Assembly (NCBI GenBank): GCA_046300675.1
Contig: JBKCLO010000103.1
Span: 1,903-65,902 of the forward strand
Length of the DNA stretch: 64,000 bases
Source of the DNA: Ignavibacteria bacterium
GTDB lineage: Bacteria > Bacteroidota > Ignavibacteria > Kapaibacteriales > Kapaibacteriaceae
Reading direction: 5' to 3'
The notes beneath the pieces are model-generated. The model was given only the letters and a program-made list of their open reading frames with translations. It searched no databases and was not told the DNA's origin. Positions 36,713 through 46,219 of this stretch are shown one piece after another (positions within the stretch are counted from its first letter, which is position 1; each line of letters begins with the position of its first letter). The position numbers were made by a program, and so were the translations under genes.

Positions 36713-38734
36713 TCACGGCACCACGTCAATAACAACCGATCTGTTGTACATGCGGCCTTCAGGAAGATTGTTCGTAAACGAAGGCTCGTCTTCACCAAGT
36801 GCGCTGGCTGAGAAACGCACACCCGTTAGACCGCGTGCATTGAGCTGGTCTTTGATGATTCCCATCACCTGGTCTGCACGGTTCATTGCAAGGTCGAGAT
36901 TACCTTTCCCTCCCACGGCATCTGTATGACCATAGATGTAAACCTTGGAGTTGTTGCGGATCTGTGGAACGACGTTGTTGACAAGGAATGTGCGAGACCG
37001 TGTCACAGGATCATCTTCGTTGTATTCAAAGATCAGACGATGGCTTGTCGATGTACCCTCGCGGTCGGTACGCACCAGCGTTATGGGCTCTGATTGTGTT
37101 CGCATGGTCCCATCACGAAGTTTAGCATTTACAGTGAGTGTATACTTCTGAGCGCGCATTTCTGTACCTATCAGGCCGGTCGGATCGAGATAGGCGCTGC
37201 TTCCGCGGAACGGCCCAAATGATCTGCTCGCCCCATTGCCTGAAATCACAGCACTCCATTCCTGTACGTTCCGCATCGACGTCATATCGACGTACACCTC
37301 GTGGTCTGCCTCTGCAGTGCGCACTGATGATACTGGCACTCGTGCACCTAACTGGTCGGGTCTCATGTTGCGGAACTGCACGCGTCGGTTCTCGTCCGAG
37401 ACGGCAGTAAGATCTGTATTGGGTGTTCGGGCGGTTCCCGACTTCGGATCTGCCTCTCCTACTGCAATCGTAAGCTGGTTAGGATTAACATTCCAAACCT
37501 CAACAAGGTACTTCTTCACGCTCTCGGCATAAGCCCGAGCATCCTTGTTGTTCGGGTCGGACGCGTAAAGTTCAACACTCGATCCGGGGATGCTCGATAG
37601 TCTATAGCCCATAACATTCAGGATGTTATAGTAGATGTCCCGCTGAATGATTGGCCGCACATCAACATTGGCAATATCATCTGCTGTCAGTCCCGACGAT
37701 GTTGCAAACAGACGCGTCTGAGCTCGTGAAATCTTGTTGTATCTGGTTGGGATCTCGGTGGACTCTTTATCAAAGAACACGTATGGCCGTAGCGGAAACT
37801 CAGCGCGTTCGATACGCTTGGAGTAAACTCCATCAACGGGATCAACAACTTCAAACAGCTTGCTCGGCACGGTAGGTGCTGGCGCTGAAGGTGTGGTTGG
37901 CTCTGGCATGGCTGTGGTCTCCAAGATCTCGGCAAGACCAAAGGCCAGAGACAAGCCAGCGCGAACTGAAACAGTGCTCAACGCATCGTTGATAGAGTTC
38001 TGGTTGGTGAAGTTTACGCCTCGCTGACTGATCATGTACGACGTCTCAACAAATGGTGTAAGAATCCATTGGTTGCGGCTTGTCGGATCGGAGAGAAAGA
38101 AATCATAGCCTACGCCGGCAAAGCCGGAGCCTGTGATCTTGTGCTTCACAGAATCTGCCTGTGCGATATCGAGATCGCTCTGTTTTGCTCCTGCCTCTGG
38201 TGCATAGTCGAATGTGCTGTTCAGAGCAAGACCAAGACCAACGCCCAGGGTCAGATGGAACTTCGACCCAAGGTAGTATTTGAGAAATGGCTCTAAGGTC
38301 AGATAGTCCGTGTGGAACGTATACTCGTCGTTGAAGTACTGTCCCGTGCCTGTGGTGAGAATAGTGCCAGGCTTTGGAAACGACTTGTCATCATTGGCCA
38401 CAAAGCTGCGGTTGTCATAGGAGATTCTCGTACCAACATGAAGTGCATCTGTGATAGATCCCTGAAGCATCAGGCCAGTGTAGAGACCGCCTCCCTGACC
38501 GTCGTTGTAGACGAGCTCAGAGAATTGCGGTCCATTTCGATTGGGGTCCTTTGCCCAATTCCCGTAGCCCACGCCGGCCATATTATAGTTGCCGCCTGCG
38601 TGCAGTCCCCAGCGTGGCGAAGTTGACGGCACAACTTGCGCAATCGCAAAGGTGCCAGCGAAACAAAGAACGATCGTGCGGAGAATGAAGCGTGTAACAG
38701 CACTCATGATGGTGACTCCAGCTTTATGAAACAT
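36713..38734 (-). CDS. Outer-membrane beta-barrel protein with OmpA-like C-terminal domain(s)
   Basis: Signal peptide, amphipathic beta strands, Pro/Thr linker, then GHTD...NLDLAMNRA...NRSV OmpA_C motif; start may be 38707. Confidence 0.85.
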   Translation of the reverse strand: MFHKAGVTIMSAVTRFILRTIVLCFAGTFAIAQVVPSTSPRWGLHAGGNYNMAGVGYGNWAKDPNRNGPQFSELVYNDGQGGGLYTGLMLQGSITDALHVGTRISYDNRSFVANDDKSFPKPGTILTTGTGQYFNDEYTFHTDYLTLEPFLKYYLGSKFHLTLGVGLGLALNSTFDYAPEAGAKQSDLDIAQADSVKHKITGSGFAGVGYDFFLSDPTSRNQWILTPFVETSYMISQRGVNFTNQNSINDALSTVSVRAGLSLAFGLAEILETTAMPEPTTPSAPAPTVPSKLFEVVDPVDGVYSKRIERAEFPLRPYVFFDKESTEIPTRYNKISRAQTRLFATSSGLTADDIANVDVRPIIQRDIYYNILNVMGYRLSSIPGSSVELYASDPNNKDARAYAESVKKYLVEVWNVNPNQLTIAVGEADPKSGTARTPNTDLTAVSDENRRVQFRNMRPDQLGARVPVSSVRTAEADHEVYVDMTSMRNVQEWSAVISGNGASRSFGPFRGSSAYLDPTGLIGTEMRAQKYTLTVNAKLRDGTMRTQSEPITLVRTDREGTSTSHRLIFEYNEDDPVTRSRTFLVNNVVPQIRNNSKVYIYGHTDAVGGKGNLDLAMNRADQVMGIIKDQLNARGLTGVRFSASALGEDEPSFTNNLPEGRMYNRSVVIDVVP

Positions 38735-38853
38735 GGTGATGAGTGTCCGTGTAGGAACATCATCCTTGGTGCAATGCTAGAGATCTTCAGAGTGAGTTAC
38801 TGCAGAGGGTAGAGCGTTACCGTAGCGAGTTCTGGACGCATTCAACAGCACAC

Positions 38854-38898
38854 AAAAACGAAGAATCCCCTTGATCCATCGAAGGAAGAAGGGGATTC
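38854..38898 (-). terminator. Intrinsic terminator after glyA
   Basis: gaatcccctt...aaggggattc stem with an A run on the + strand (T run on -). Confidence 0.65.
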
Positions 38899-38931
38899 GG
38901 GGTATGAATTCTGCTGTTGTGTCGTACGCGA

Positions 38932-40236
38932 TTACACCGATGTAAGCGAAGGATAAAGAGGGAACTGACGGCAGAACGTTTGCACATCGTGCTTGACGTT
39001 CTTGTAGTTGTCTTCGCTGCCAAAGTTGCTGATGACACGGTCGATGAAGTGTGCGATCTGACGCATGTCTTCTTCCTTCATGCCGCGACTCGTCATCGCT
39101 GCAGCGCCAAGCCTGATGCCACTTGTTACAAGCGGTGGCTGTGTGTCATACGGAACGGCGTTCTTGTTGCAGGTTATCCCGCTGGCATCAAGAGCATTCT
39201 CGGCCTGCTTCCCGGTTACATTCTTATTGCGCAGGTCGATCAGCATCAGGTGATTTTCTGTTCCACCTGAGACGATGTTATAGTCCATCTTCATCAACTC
39301 ATCAGCCATAGCAGCAGCGTTGCGCACAACCTGCTTTGTGTACTCATCAAACTCGTCGGTAAGACACTCTCCAAAGGCAACAGCCTTGGCTGCAATCACG
39401 TGCATGAGCGGACCACCCTGAATGCCGGGCATCACCATGGAGTCAATCAGTTCGCCCATTAGCTTCTTACGTCCGCTCTTAGGAGCAACCTTGCCGAATG
39501 GGTTCTCGTAGTTCTTGCCCATGACGATCAGACCACCACGCGGACCGCGCAGTGTCTTATGCGTTGTTGATGTGACGATGTCGCAATACGGTACGGGGCT
39601 CATAAGGCGCCCCTTGGCAATCAAACCGGCCGGGTGGGCGATGTCTGCCAGGAGGAATGCTCCTACCTTGTCTGCGATCTCACGGAATGCCGAAAAATCG
39701 ATCTCTCGTGAGTAGGCGCTTGCACCTACGGTGATCATTTTCGGCTTGTGCTGCTTGGCAAGGTCCTCAACAACGTTATAATCGATACGACCAGTTTCTT
39801 GATTGAGGCCATAACCAATGAAGTTGTAGAACATACCGGAGAAGTTCACCGGCGAACCATGCGTAAGGTGTCCACCATGGGATAGATCCATCCCAAGCAC
39901 CGTATCTCCTGGCTTAAGGTACGTGAAGTACACAGCCATGTTCGCTCCCGAACCCGAGTGTGGCTGCACGTTTGCGTACTCAGCACCAAACAGCTGCTTG
40001 AGGCGCTCGATGGCAATGTTCTCTGCAACATCAACCCATTCGCAACCGCCATAATAGCGCTTGCCTGGATAGCCTTCTGCGTACTTGTTTGTAAGGATGC
40101 TACCTTGAGCTTCCATTACGCTGAGTGATGTAAAGTTCTCGCTTGCGATCAACTCAATCTTATCACGTTGTCTGTCGTACTCGCCCTGAACGGCATGGAA
40201 GACTTCGGGATCTGCTGACTGTAGATGCTTGTACAT
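38932..40236 (-). CDS. glyA: Serine hydroxymethyltransferase
   Basis: [46 protein letters not shown]. Confidence 0.98.
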   Translation of the reverse strand: MYKHLQSADPEVFHAVQGEYDRQRDKIELIASENFTSLSVMEAQGSILTNKYAEGYPGKRYYGGCEWVDVAENIAIERLKQLFGAEYANVQPHSGSGANMAVYFTYLKPGDTVLGMDLSHGGHLTHGSPVNFSGMFYNFIGYGLNQETGRIDYNVVEDLAKQHKPKMITVGASAYSREIDFSAFREIADKVGAFLLADIAHPAGLIAKGRLMSPVPYCDIVTSTTHKTLRGPRGGLIVMGKNYENPFGKVAPKSGRKKLMGELIDSMVMPGIQGGPLMHVIAAKAVAFGECLTDEFDEYTKQVVRNAAAMADELMKMDYNIVSGGTENHLMLIDLRNKNVTGKQAENALDASGITCNKNAVPYDTQPPLVTSGIRLGAAAMTSRGMKEEDMRQIAHFIDRVISNFGSEDNYKNVKHDVQTFCRQFPLYPSLTSV

Positions 40237-40282
40237 AGAATGCGTTGTTGGGTCGGAATTGAAAGTGGTGAAGTGTTCTTGT

Positions 40283-41257
40283 TTAGCGCAACACCGACAT
40301 CGGTATGGCTATGCTTGCTCCTGGTCGCTGTAAATGCAATGTATACATGCCGGAGGGCAGCCCTGAAAGATTCAGCGGAAGTGCGATGCCGTCAAGGCGA
40401 ATCATATCGCCCATTGGATAGACGCGGCCCGTCATGTCAATCGCTGCAATCGATACGTTGGTGCCGTTCCATGATGAAGGCACAGTAAGAGCGGCTTGAT
40501 CGTTTGCTGGATTCGGAGCAACAGCAAATCCCTGTGAGAGCGCCTCATCAGCAATGCCGGTAACATCCGAAGAATCAAAGCAGAATGTTTCACCGGTTGT
40601 GATGTTGTGGATACATGTAAGGCCTGGATCTGGTCCATTGCCGTTGGTATCTGTTTGCACGGAATCAACAAAAGCACTCCATGTGAGCAGCCAGAACACA
40701 TTACCATCACCAAGGCCAACTCCGCCTGTGCCACCTTCGGAGACAGATAGAATTGCGAGTGAGGCATTGCTGTCTGGGTAGGCAGTGCGGAAGCGCGAGA
40801 ACTTTGCGTCCTTGTTCAGGGCCGTGATCAGTCCGGCGCCCTGTGTGAAGTCTGTCGGTAATGGGCTCTGCGGCGCATCTGCCGGATCAAACGCATCTGC
40901 TGGAATCGGAATTGGCGGCGGGTTACAGCTTCCAAGCAGGCGAATAAGAGGAACGAATGCAACTGTGTCCTTCTCTGCACTCCGGACAAGGTATACCCAC
41001 ATAGTGGCCTTGCCATCCTTGGCACTCATCCCGATGTTGACGGGTGTTGCGCCGAGAGGTACATCGACACCGACGGCAACTATGCCAACAACCTTCGTGT
41101 CAGTTGCACCGGTGATAGCCTTTTGAGCCGCACCCATGCAGTCCTTTGGGGCATATGTCGGGAAGCTGAACTGGGCAGACGTGGACACGGCACCCAGGAT
41201 GACTGCAGCAAGCAGCCCTGCGATAAACGAATAACGGTTCACGTTGGTTACCTTCAT
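40283..41257 (-). CDS. T9SS type A sorting-domain protein with unrecognised N-terminal domain
   Basis: Signal peptide ending STSA-Q; C-terminal APNPA...IDMTGR...LPSGMY sorting-domain pattern. Confidence 0.8.
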   Translation of the reverse strand: MKVTNVNRYSFIAGLLAAVILGAVSTSAQFSFPTYAPKDCMGAAQKAITGATDTKVVGIVAVGVDVPLGATPVNIGMSAKDGKATMWVYLVRSAEKDTVAFVPLIRLLGSCNPPPIPIPADAFDPADAPQSPLPTDFTQGAGLITALNKDAKFSRFRTAYPDSNASLAILSVSEGGTGGVGLGDGNVFWLLTWSAFVDSVQTDTNGNGPDPGLTCIHNITTGETFCFDSSDVTGIADEALSQGFAVAPNPANDQAALTVPSSWNGTNVSIAAIDMTGRVYPMGDMIRLDGIALPLNLSGLPSGMYTLHLQRPGASIAIPMSVLR

Positions 41258-41279
41258 GCGTGGTACGAAAAATGTCCTG

Positions 41280-41305
41280 CAAATCTACCACTCGGCGTAC
41301 TTTTG
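41280..41305. promoter_or_regulatory. Divergent TAnnTTTG promoter pair
   Basis: TAGATTTG on - (41280-41287) and TACTTTTG on + (41298-41305). Confidence 0.6.
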
Positions 41306-41339
41306 CAACCTATACCAACTGACAAATACAGCGCTTCCT

Positions 41340-43388
41340 ATGACCAAAAGTGAATGGTTCGAAACTGCCCGCACTGTGATCGCCTCTCGGCTTATCGATC
41401 AGATCGAAGAGACAGAGCTTGCTCCATCAGGAAAGGTAACCTATCAATTCTCTGCTAAGGGGCATGAGCTTGCTCAGGCCATACTGGGCCAATGTCTGCG
41501 CCAAGGTAACGATGCTGCAACGGTCTACTACCGCTCGCGTCCGCTTGTCCTTGCTGCCGGCATGACGTATGAAGAGGCGTTTGCAGGCCCCCTAGCCCTT
41601 TCTGGAAGCAGAAATGGCGGACGCGACATCGGCGTGGTGCACCACTTGAATAACCGAAAGGGAGTAACAGTTCTTCCTGCATCAGGTGACGTCGGTGCGC
41701 AGTATACACCATGCGTGGGTTGGGCTCAGGCCATACGCTATCACGCATCGGTGCTGGGTGATGAGGCATGGCAAGGGGCGGTAGCTGTGGCACTCGGTGG
41801 TGATGGTTCGACGGCAACAAATGGTTTTTGGGCTGCGCTGAATATTGCAACCACGCTCAAGCTGCCGATGATCTTCTTTATCGAAGACAACCAATTCGGT
41901 ATCAGTGTTCCGGGAACAATGCAGACACCAGGTGGAAACATCGCTTCGAATTTGGGGTCATTTAACGCCCTGCGCATTGTCGAGATCGATGGAACTAATC
42001 CTGAAGAATCTGATCGCATGATCACGAAGACCATTGAGCACGTTCGCGAGAAACAATCGCCGGCTCTTCTTCGTGTTCGTGTGCCACGGATATGTGGTCA
42101 CAGCGGTGCCGACAACCAGTCCTACAAGACCCCAGAGCAGAAGGAAGAAGAACTGCAGAGGGACCCAATTGAAAAGCTCAAAGCAATGTTCATCCGCAAG
42201 AACTATGCTACCGAAGATAGTTGGGCCGAGTTCGTGTCCGAGATCGAAGCACAGGTCCGTGCAGCCTGTGAGGCAGCTCTTGCCCAGGCGCAGCCGCTTC
42301 CGGAAGATGCCTTAACAAAACTCTTCGATGACGGGTCTGTGCCCAAGCACGGTGGACTTGTTGGTGCCGGCATTGCACCCATTTCTGCCACCGGCGAAAA
42401 GCACGAAGATGGTCCGCGCATTAACCTCATCGAAGCTGTCAAGCGCACCCTTGACTACGAACTGAACCACAATGATCGCCTGCTCGTTTTCGGGGAAGAT
42501 GTTGGTGTGAAAGGGGGCGTGCATGGCGCAACTGTTGATCTGCAAACCAAGCATGGTGCTGAACGAGTGTTTGACACCTCTTTGAGTGAGGAAGGCATTA
42601 TCGGTCGTGCCGTAGGAATGGCAATGGCAGGATTGGTTCCTGTGCCCGAGATTCAGTTCCGTAAATACCTCGATCCAGCAACCGAGCAGATCAATGATTG
42701 CGGCACGATACGCTGGCGTACAAACGGCGACTTTACAGCGCCTATGGTTGTGCGCATTCCCGTTGGATTTTCAAAGCGCACGGGCGATCCATGGCATAGC
42801 GTTAGCGGCGAGGCCGTGTTTGCTCACACACTGGGCTGGCGTGTTGCCATGCCATCAAATGCACAGGATGCAGTAGGTCTGTTGAGAACAGCATTGCGTG
42901 GGAATGACCCAACGTTTTTCCTCGAGCATCGCGCGATCCAGGACACAGCACCTGGACGTGGAGTTTATCCTGGCGATAACTTCACAGTTCCGTTTGGTGT
43001 TGCATCGATAGTTCGTCCCGGAACTCAGGTTACGATTGTAGCATGGGGCGAAATGGTGCACAGAGCTAAATCTGCCGTTGAACTCTCAGGACTCGATGCC
43101 GAGATCATCGATCTACGCACGATCGTGCCATGGGACAAACAGGCAGTTCTTGCATCCGTTCGTAAGACCAATCGGTGCATGGTGCTCCACGAGGACACAA
43201 TAACAGCAGGCTTCGGCGCAGAGATCGCCTCGGTGATTATGCAGGAATGCTTCTCGTATCTCGATGCTCCGGTTTGCCGCCTAGCCAGCGCAGATGTCCC
43301 AATTCCCTACAACAAGGGCATGATGGATGCTGTTATTCCGACAATCGATACGGTCGCATCAGAATTGCGTGCATTGATCGAATGGTGA
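41340..43388 (+). CDS. 2-oxoacid (probably branched-chain) dehydrogenase E1, fused alpha+beta
   Basis: GHE, YYR, GDGS...N TPP motif, GHS, GEDVG..GGV, DTSLSEEGIIG, EIQF, IDLRT.PWD; start moved to ATG 41340. Confidence 0.9.
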   Translation: MTKSEWFETARTVIASRLIDQIEETELAPSGKVTYQFSAKGHELAQAILGQCLRQGNDAATVYYRSRPLVLAAGMTYEEAFAGPLALSGSRNGGRDIGVVHHLNNRKGVTVLPASGDVGAQYTPCVGWAQAIRYHASVLGDEAWQGAVAVALGGDGSTATNGFWAALNIATTLKLPMIFFIEDNQFGISVPGTMQTPGGNIASNLGSFNALRIVEIDGTNPEESDRMITKTIEHVREKQSPALLRVRVPRICGHSGADNQSYKTPEQKEEELQRDPIEKLKAMFIRKNYATEDSWAEFVSEIEAQVRAACEAALAQAQPLPEDALTKLFDDGSVPKHGGLVGAGIAPISATGEKHEDGPRINLIEAVKRTLDYELNHNDRLLVFGEDVGVKGGVHGATVDLQTKHGAERVFDTSLSEEGIIGRAVGMAMAGLVPVPEIQFRKYLDPATEQINDCGTIRWRTNGDFTAPMVVRIPVGFSKRTGDPWHSVSGEAVFAHTLGWRVAMPSNAQDAVGLLRTALRGNDPTFFLEHRAIQDTAPGRGVYPGDNFTVPFGVASIVRPGTQVTIVAWGEMVHRAKSAVELSGLDAEIIDLRTIVPWDKQAVLASVRKTNRCMVLHEDTITAGFGAEIASVIMQECFSYLDAPVCRLASADVPIPYNKGMMDAVIPTIDTVASELRALIEW

Positions 43389-43431
43389 TTGTATGCGGCA
43401 TGCACGTGAGACGTGACACGTAAATTGCCGC

Positions 43432-45456
43432 ATGAAAAAGATCGTGCTTCGTCCGGCAAGTGTAGCGCCTAATGGTGCATCATATCGCATTGACTATGCC
43501 TCGGTCCTAAATCCGCAGCAGTATCAAGCGGTGATGCACAACAATGGTCCTGCGTTGGTGTTGGCAGGTGCTGGCACAGGTAAGACCCGAACGCTTACCT
43601 ATCGGGTTGCAAGACTGGTTGAAGATGGAGTTGACCCTTCATCGATCTTGCTGCTCACGTTCACGCGCAAGGCAGCTTCGGAGATGCTTCGTAGGGCCTC
43701 GCACCTTCTCGATGGACGTTGTGAGCACGTCTCAGGAGGAACGTTTCATGCTTTCGCATTCAGAGTGCTTAAAACGTACGGGATGCCAGGGGGCGTGCAG
43801 CAAGCAGCAAGCAACGAGCAGCGAGCAGTGTATTCGATCATCGATCAGTCGGACGCTGAGGACATTATGAATCTTGTGCGTAGCAAGTTTGATCTTGCTG
43901 CCAGGCGCAAGAGGTTCCCGAACAAGGGCACATTGCACGACATGTACAGTAAGTCTGTGAATATGTCAAAGCCCCTTGACGAGCTCATTGCAGAACAGTA
44001 TCCGCAGTTTGTCGACGATACCGAGACAATCCGCCACATGGTGCATGCATATACTGACTACAAACACAAGAACTCGTTGTTTGACTACGACGACCTGCTA
44101 CTGTATCTGCTGGCAATGACCCGTCACGAGACAATTGGCACTGCGTTGCGATCGCAATTCCGACACATCATGGTAGATGAATACCAGGACACAAACAACC
44201 TCCAACACCAGATTGTCTTAGGATTAGCCGGTACAAGCGGTAATGTGATGGTTGTTGGCGATGATGCACAAAGCATCTACTCGTTTCGTGGCGCCAATGT
44301 TCGAAACATTCATACCGTGCCGTCTTCGTTTGATTCCTGCGCAATCATCCGCCTAGAGGAGAACTACCGCAGCACGCAGCCGATTCTTGATGTTTGCAAT
44401 GCAGTGCTGGAAGATGCTCCGTTTATGTTTGAGAAGAAGCTGCGAGCGCATCGACAAGGGGGCGATCAGCCAATGCTGATCACTGCCAGAAGCGAGCGTC
44501 AGCAATCGCAGTTTATTGCTCAGCATGTGCTCGAATTGCGCGAACAAGGGGTACCTCTTACCGAGATCGCTGTGCTTGTGCGCAGTGGCTTTCTTTCGTT
44601 TGATCTTGAGATCGAACTTCAGCGCGCCAATGTCCCGTTCCGAAAGTTCGGCGGACTCAAGTTTGCAGAAGCTGCGCACGTGAAAGACATACTGGCACGC
44701 CTGCGCATAACCGAGAATGTCCGCGATGTTGTCTCGTGGTTCCGTGTGCTACAACAGCTCGAGGGCGTCGGACAGAAAACAGCGCAGATCATCATTGATC
44801 ACCTTCTTGAGCATCCAGATCCGCTCACCGAACCAGAACGCACGTATGGCAGCACTGGTAAGGCGGCCCACGCGCTGAACAACCTTCTACATGAGCTAGG
44901 CAAGGCACGGCTTGTGCGACATCCTCTAGACAGACTCCAATACATTGCCGAGCACTATAAGCCTACGCTGGAGCGAGTTCACGATGATGCCCCCAAGAGA
45001 TGGAAGGACATCGAGACCATCGTTGGTATAGGTGGCAGGTACGGGTCATGTCAGGAGTTCCTCGATGATATTGCACTTGAGCCCCCTACAGATGGACTAG
45101 ACACGATAGACCCCGACGACAGAGAAACAGAATTCATGACTATTTCTACTATTCATTCGGCTAAGGGGCTGGAATGGAAGGTCGTATTCGTGCTGTCGGT
45201 AAACGAGGGCCGCATTCCATCGGCAAAGAGTGCCGAATCCGAAGAATCAATCGAAGAGGAACGCAGACTTCTCTATGTTGCATGCACTCGGGCGAAGGAT
45301 ACACTTATCATGACCTATCCTGATGTGATGGCAGAGTGGCAGCACTCGGACGTACTCTCACGTCCAAGCCGATTCTTGGACAATGTTGCTAATGAGCTTT
45401 GTCCTCGATACTTCCTAGCCGAAGAACAACCTGACTCGCAGGAGTTGCTCTCATGA
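43432..45456 (+). CDS. UvrD/PcrA-family ATP-dependent DNA helicase
   Basis: AGAGTGKT, LTFT, TFH, VDEYQD, GDDAQSIYSFRGA, NYRS, TIHSAKGLEW, EEERRLLYVA.TRA. Confidence 0.95.
   Translation: MKKIVLRPASVAPNGASYRIDYASVLNPQQYQAVMHNNGPALVLAGAGTGKTRTLTYRVARLVEDGVDPSSILLLTFTRKAASEMLRRASHLLDGRCEHVSGGTFHAFAFRVLKTYGMPGGVQQAASNEQRAVYSIIDQSDAEDIMNLVRSKFDLAARRKRFPNKGTLHDMYSKSVNMSKPLDELIAEQYPQFVDDTETIRHMVHAYTDYKHKNSLFDYDDLLLYLLAMTRHETIGTALRSQFRHIMVDEYQDTNNLQHQIVLGLAGTSGNVMVVGDDAQSIYSFRGANVRNIHTVPSSFDSCAIIRLEENYRSTQPILDVCNAVLEDAPFMFEKKLRAHRQGGDQPMLITARSERQQSQFIAQHVLELREQGVPLTEIAVLVRSGFLSFDLEIELQRANVPFRKFGGLKFAEAAHVKDILARLRITENVRDVVSWFRVLQQLEGVGQKTAQIIIDHLLEHPDPLTEPERTYGSTGKAAHALNNLLHELGKARLVRHPLDRLQYIAEHYKPTLERVHDDAPKRWKDIETIVGIGGRYGSCQEFLDDIALEPPTDGLDTIDPDDRETEFMTISTIHSAKGLEWKVVFVLSVNEGRIPSAKSAESEESIEEERRLLYVACTRAKDTLIMTYPDVMAEWQHSDVLSRPSRFLDNVANELCPRYFLAEEQPDSQELLS
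43797..43830 (+). repeat. About 4-5 degenerate 7-bp units inside the helicase CDS
   Basis: gcagcaa gcagcaa gcaacga gcagcga gcagtg; encodes QQAASNEQRAV. Confidence 0.7.
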
Positions 45457-45974
45457 ATAAAGCTCTCTTTCTCGACCGAGATGGTGTTATCAACGTACGC
45501 CTTGTAGGAGCCTATGTACGCACGCCCTCAGAGTTCACGCTCATCGACGAGATACTGCCGCTCCTTCGTGAAGCCCGTACACGTGGTTACAAGCTTATCG
45601 TGATATCCAATCAGCAGGGAGTAGGCAAGGGGCTTATGACGCACGACGATCTTGATGCCGTGCATACGCACATGCAGAAGATGTTACGCGCATCGGGATC
45701 GCCGACCATTGATGCTATCTATTCGTGCACAGATTTGGACAATGCGCAGAGCACCCACCGTAAGCCAGCACCTGGCATGTTGTTCGACGCTATGCGAGAG
45801 CATGATGTTGATCCCTCGATGTCATGGTTCGTTGGCGATTCGCGCACTGATGCGCAGGCCGGCGCGGCCGCCGGTGTCCACACAGCGTTGATAGGCACGT
45901 TTGAACCCTCGGATGCAGAAATAATCGTGCAGACACACGCTGCATTGTTTGACCAGCTTGTGCCGCGCTTGTGA
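45453..45974 (+). CDS. gmhB: HAD-IIIA hydrolase, D-glycero-D-manno-heptose 1,7-bisphosphate phosphatase-like
   Basis: FLDRDGVIN, SNQQG, RKPAPGML, VGDS..D. Confidence 0.8.
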   Translation: MNKALFLDRDGVINVRLVGAYVRTPSEFTLIDEILPLLREARTRGYKLIVISNQQGVGKGLMTHDDLDAVHTHMQKMLRASGSPTIDAIYSCTDLDNAQSTHRKPAPGMLFDAMREHDVDPSMSWFVGDSRTDAQAGAAAGVHTALIGTFEPSDAEIIVQTHAALFDQLVPRL

Positions 45975-46219
45975 GTCGTTCAGGCGGTCGATACATCGCT
46001 GGCGTTTGCGTCCTGATCGCATTCCAGGCAGCACCACTAACAATCCCGTTTGTATGGATGAGTCAGATGTCAACGCAGGCTAAGTCCGTCCTATCGGGTC
46101 TGCTTGCGCTTGGCATCCCCGAACTGGGAGTGGTACTTGCAATTGCGATTATCGGACGTAAAGAGGTGCGCCGCCTCTGGCGCGTCACAAAAGTTATTGC
46201 TAAACGCTGTTACAGATAA
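45971..46219 (+). CDS. Small two-helix membrane protein (resembles 'transporter suffix domain' proteins)
   Basis: GTGA overlap with gmhB; G.PE...AIAIIGR hydrophobic pattern; 10-bp convergent overlap with ftsK. Confidence 0.55.
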   Translation: MSRSGGRYIAGVCVLIAFQAAPLTIPFVWMSQMSTQAKSVLSGLLALGIPELGVVLAIAIIGRKEVRRLWRVTKVIAKRCYR

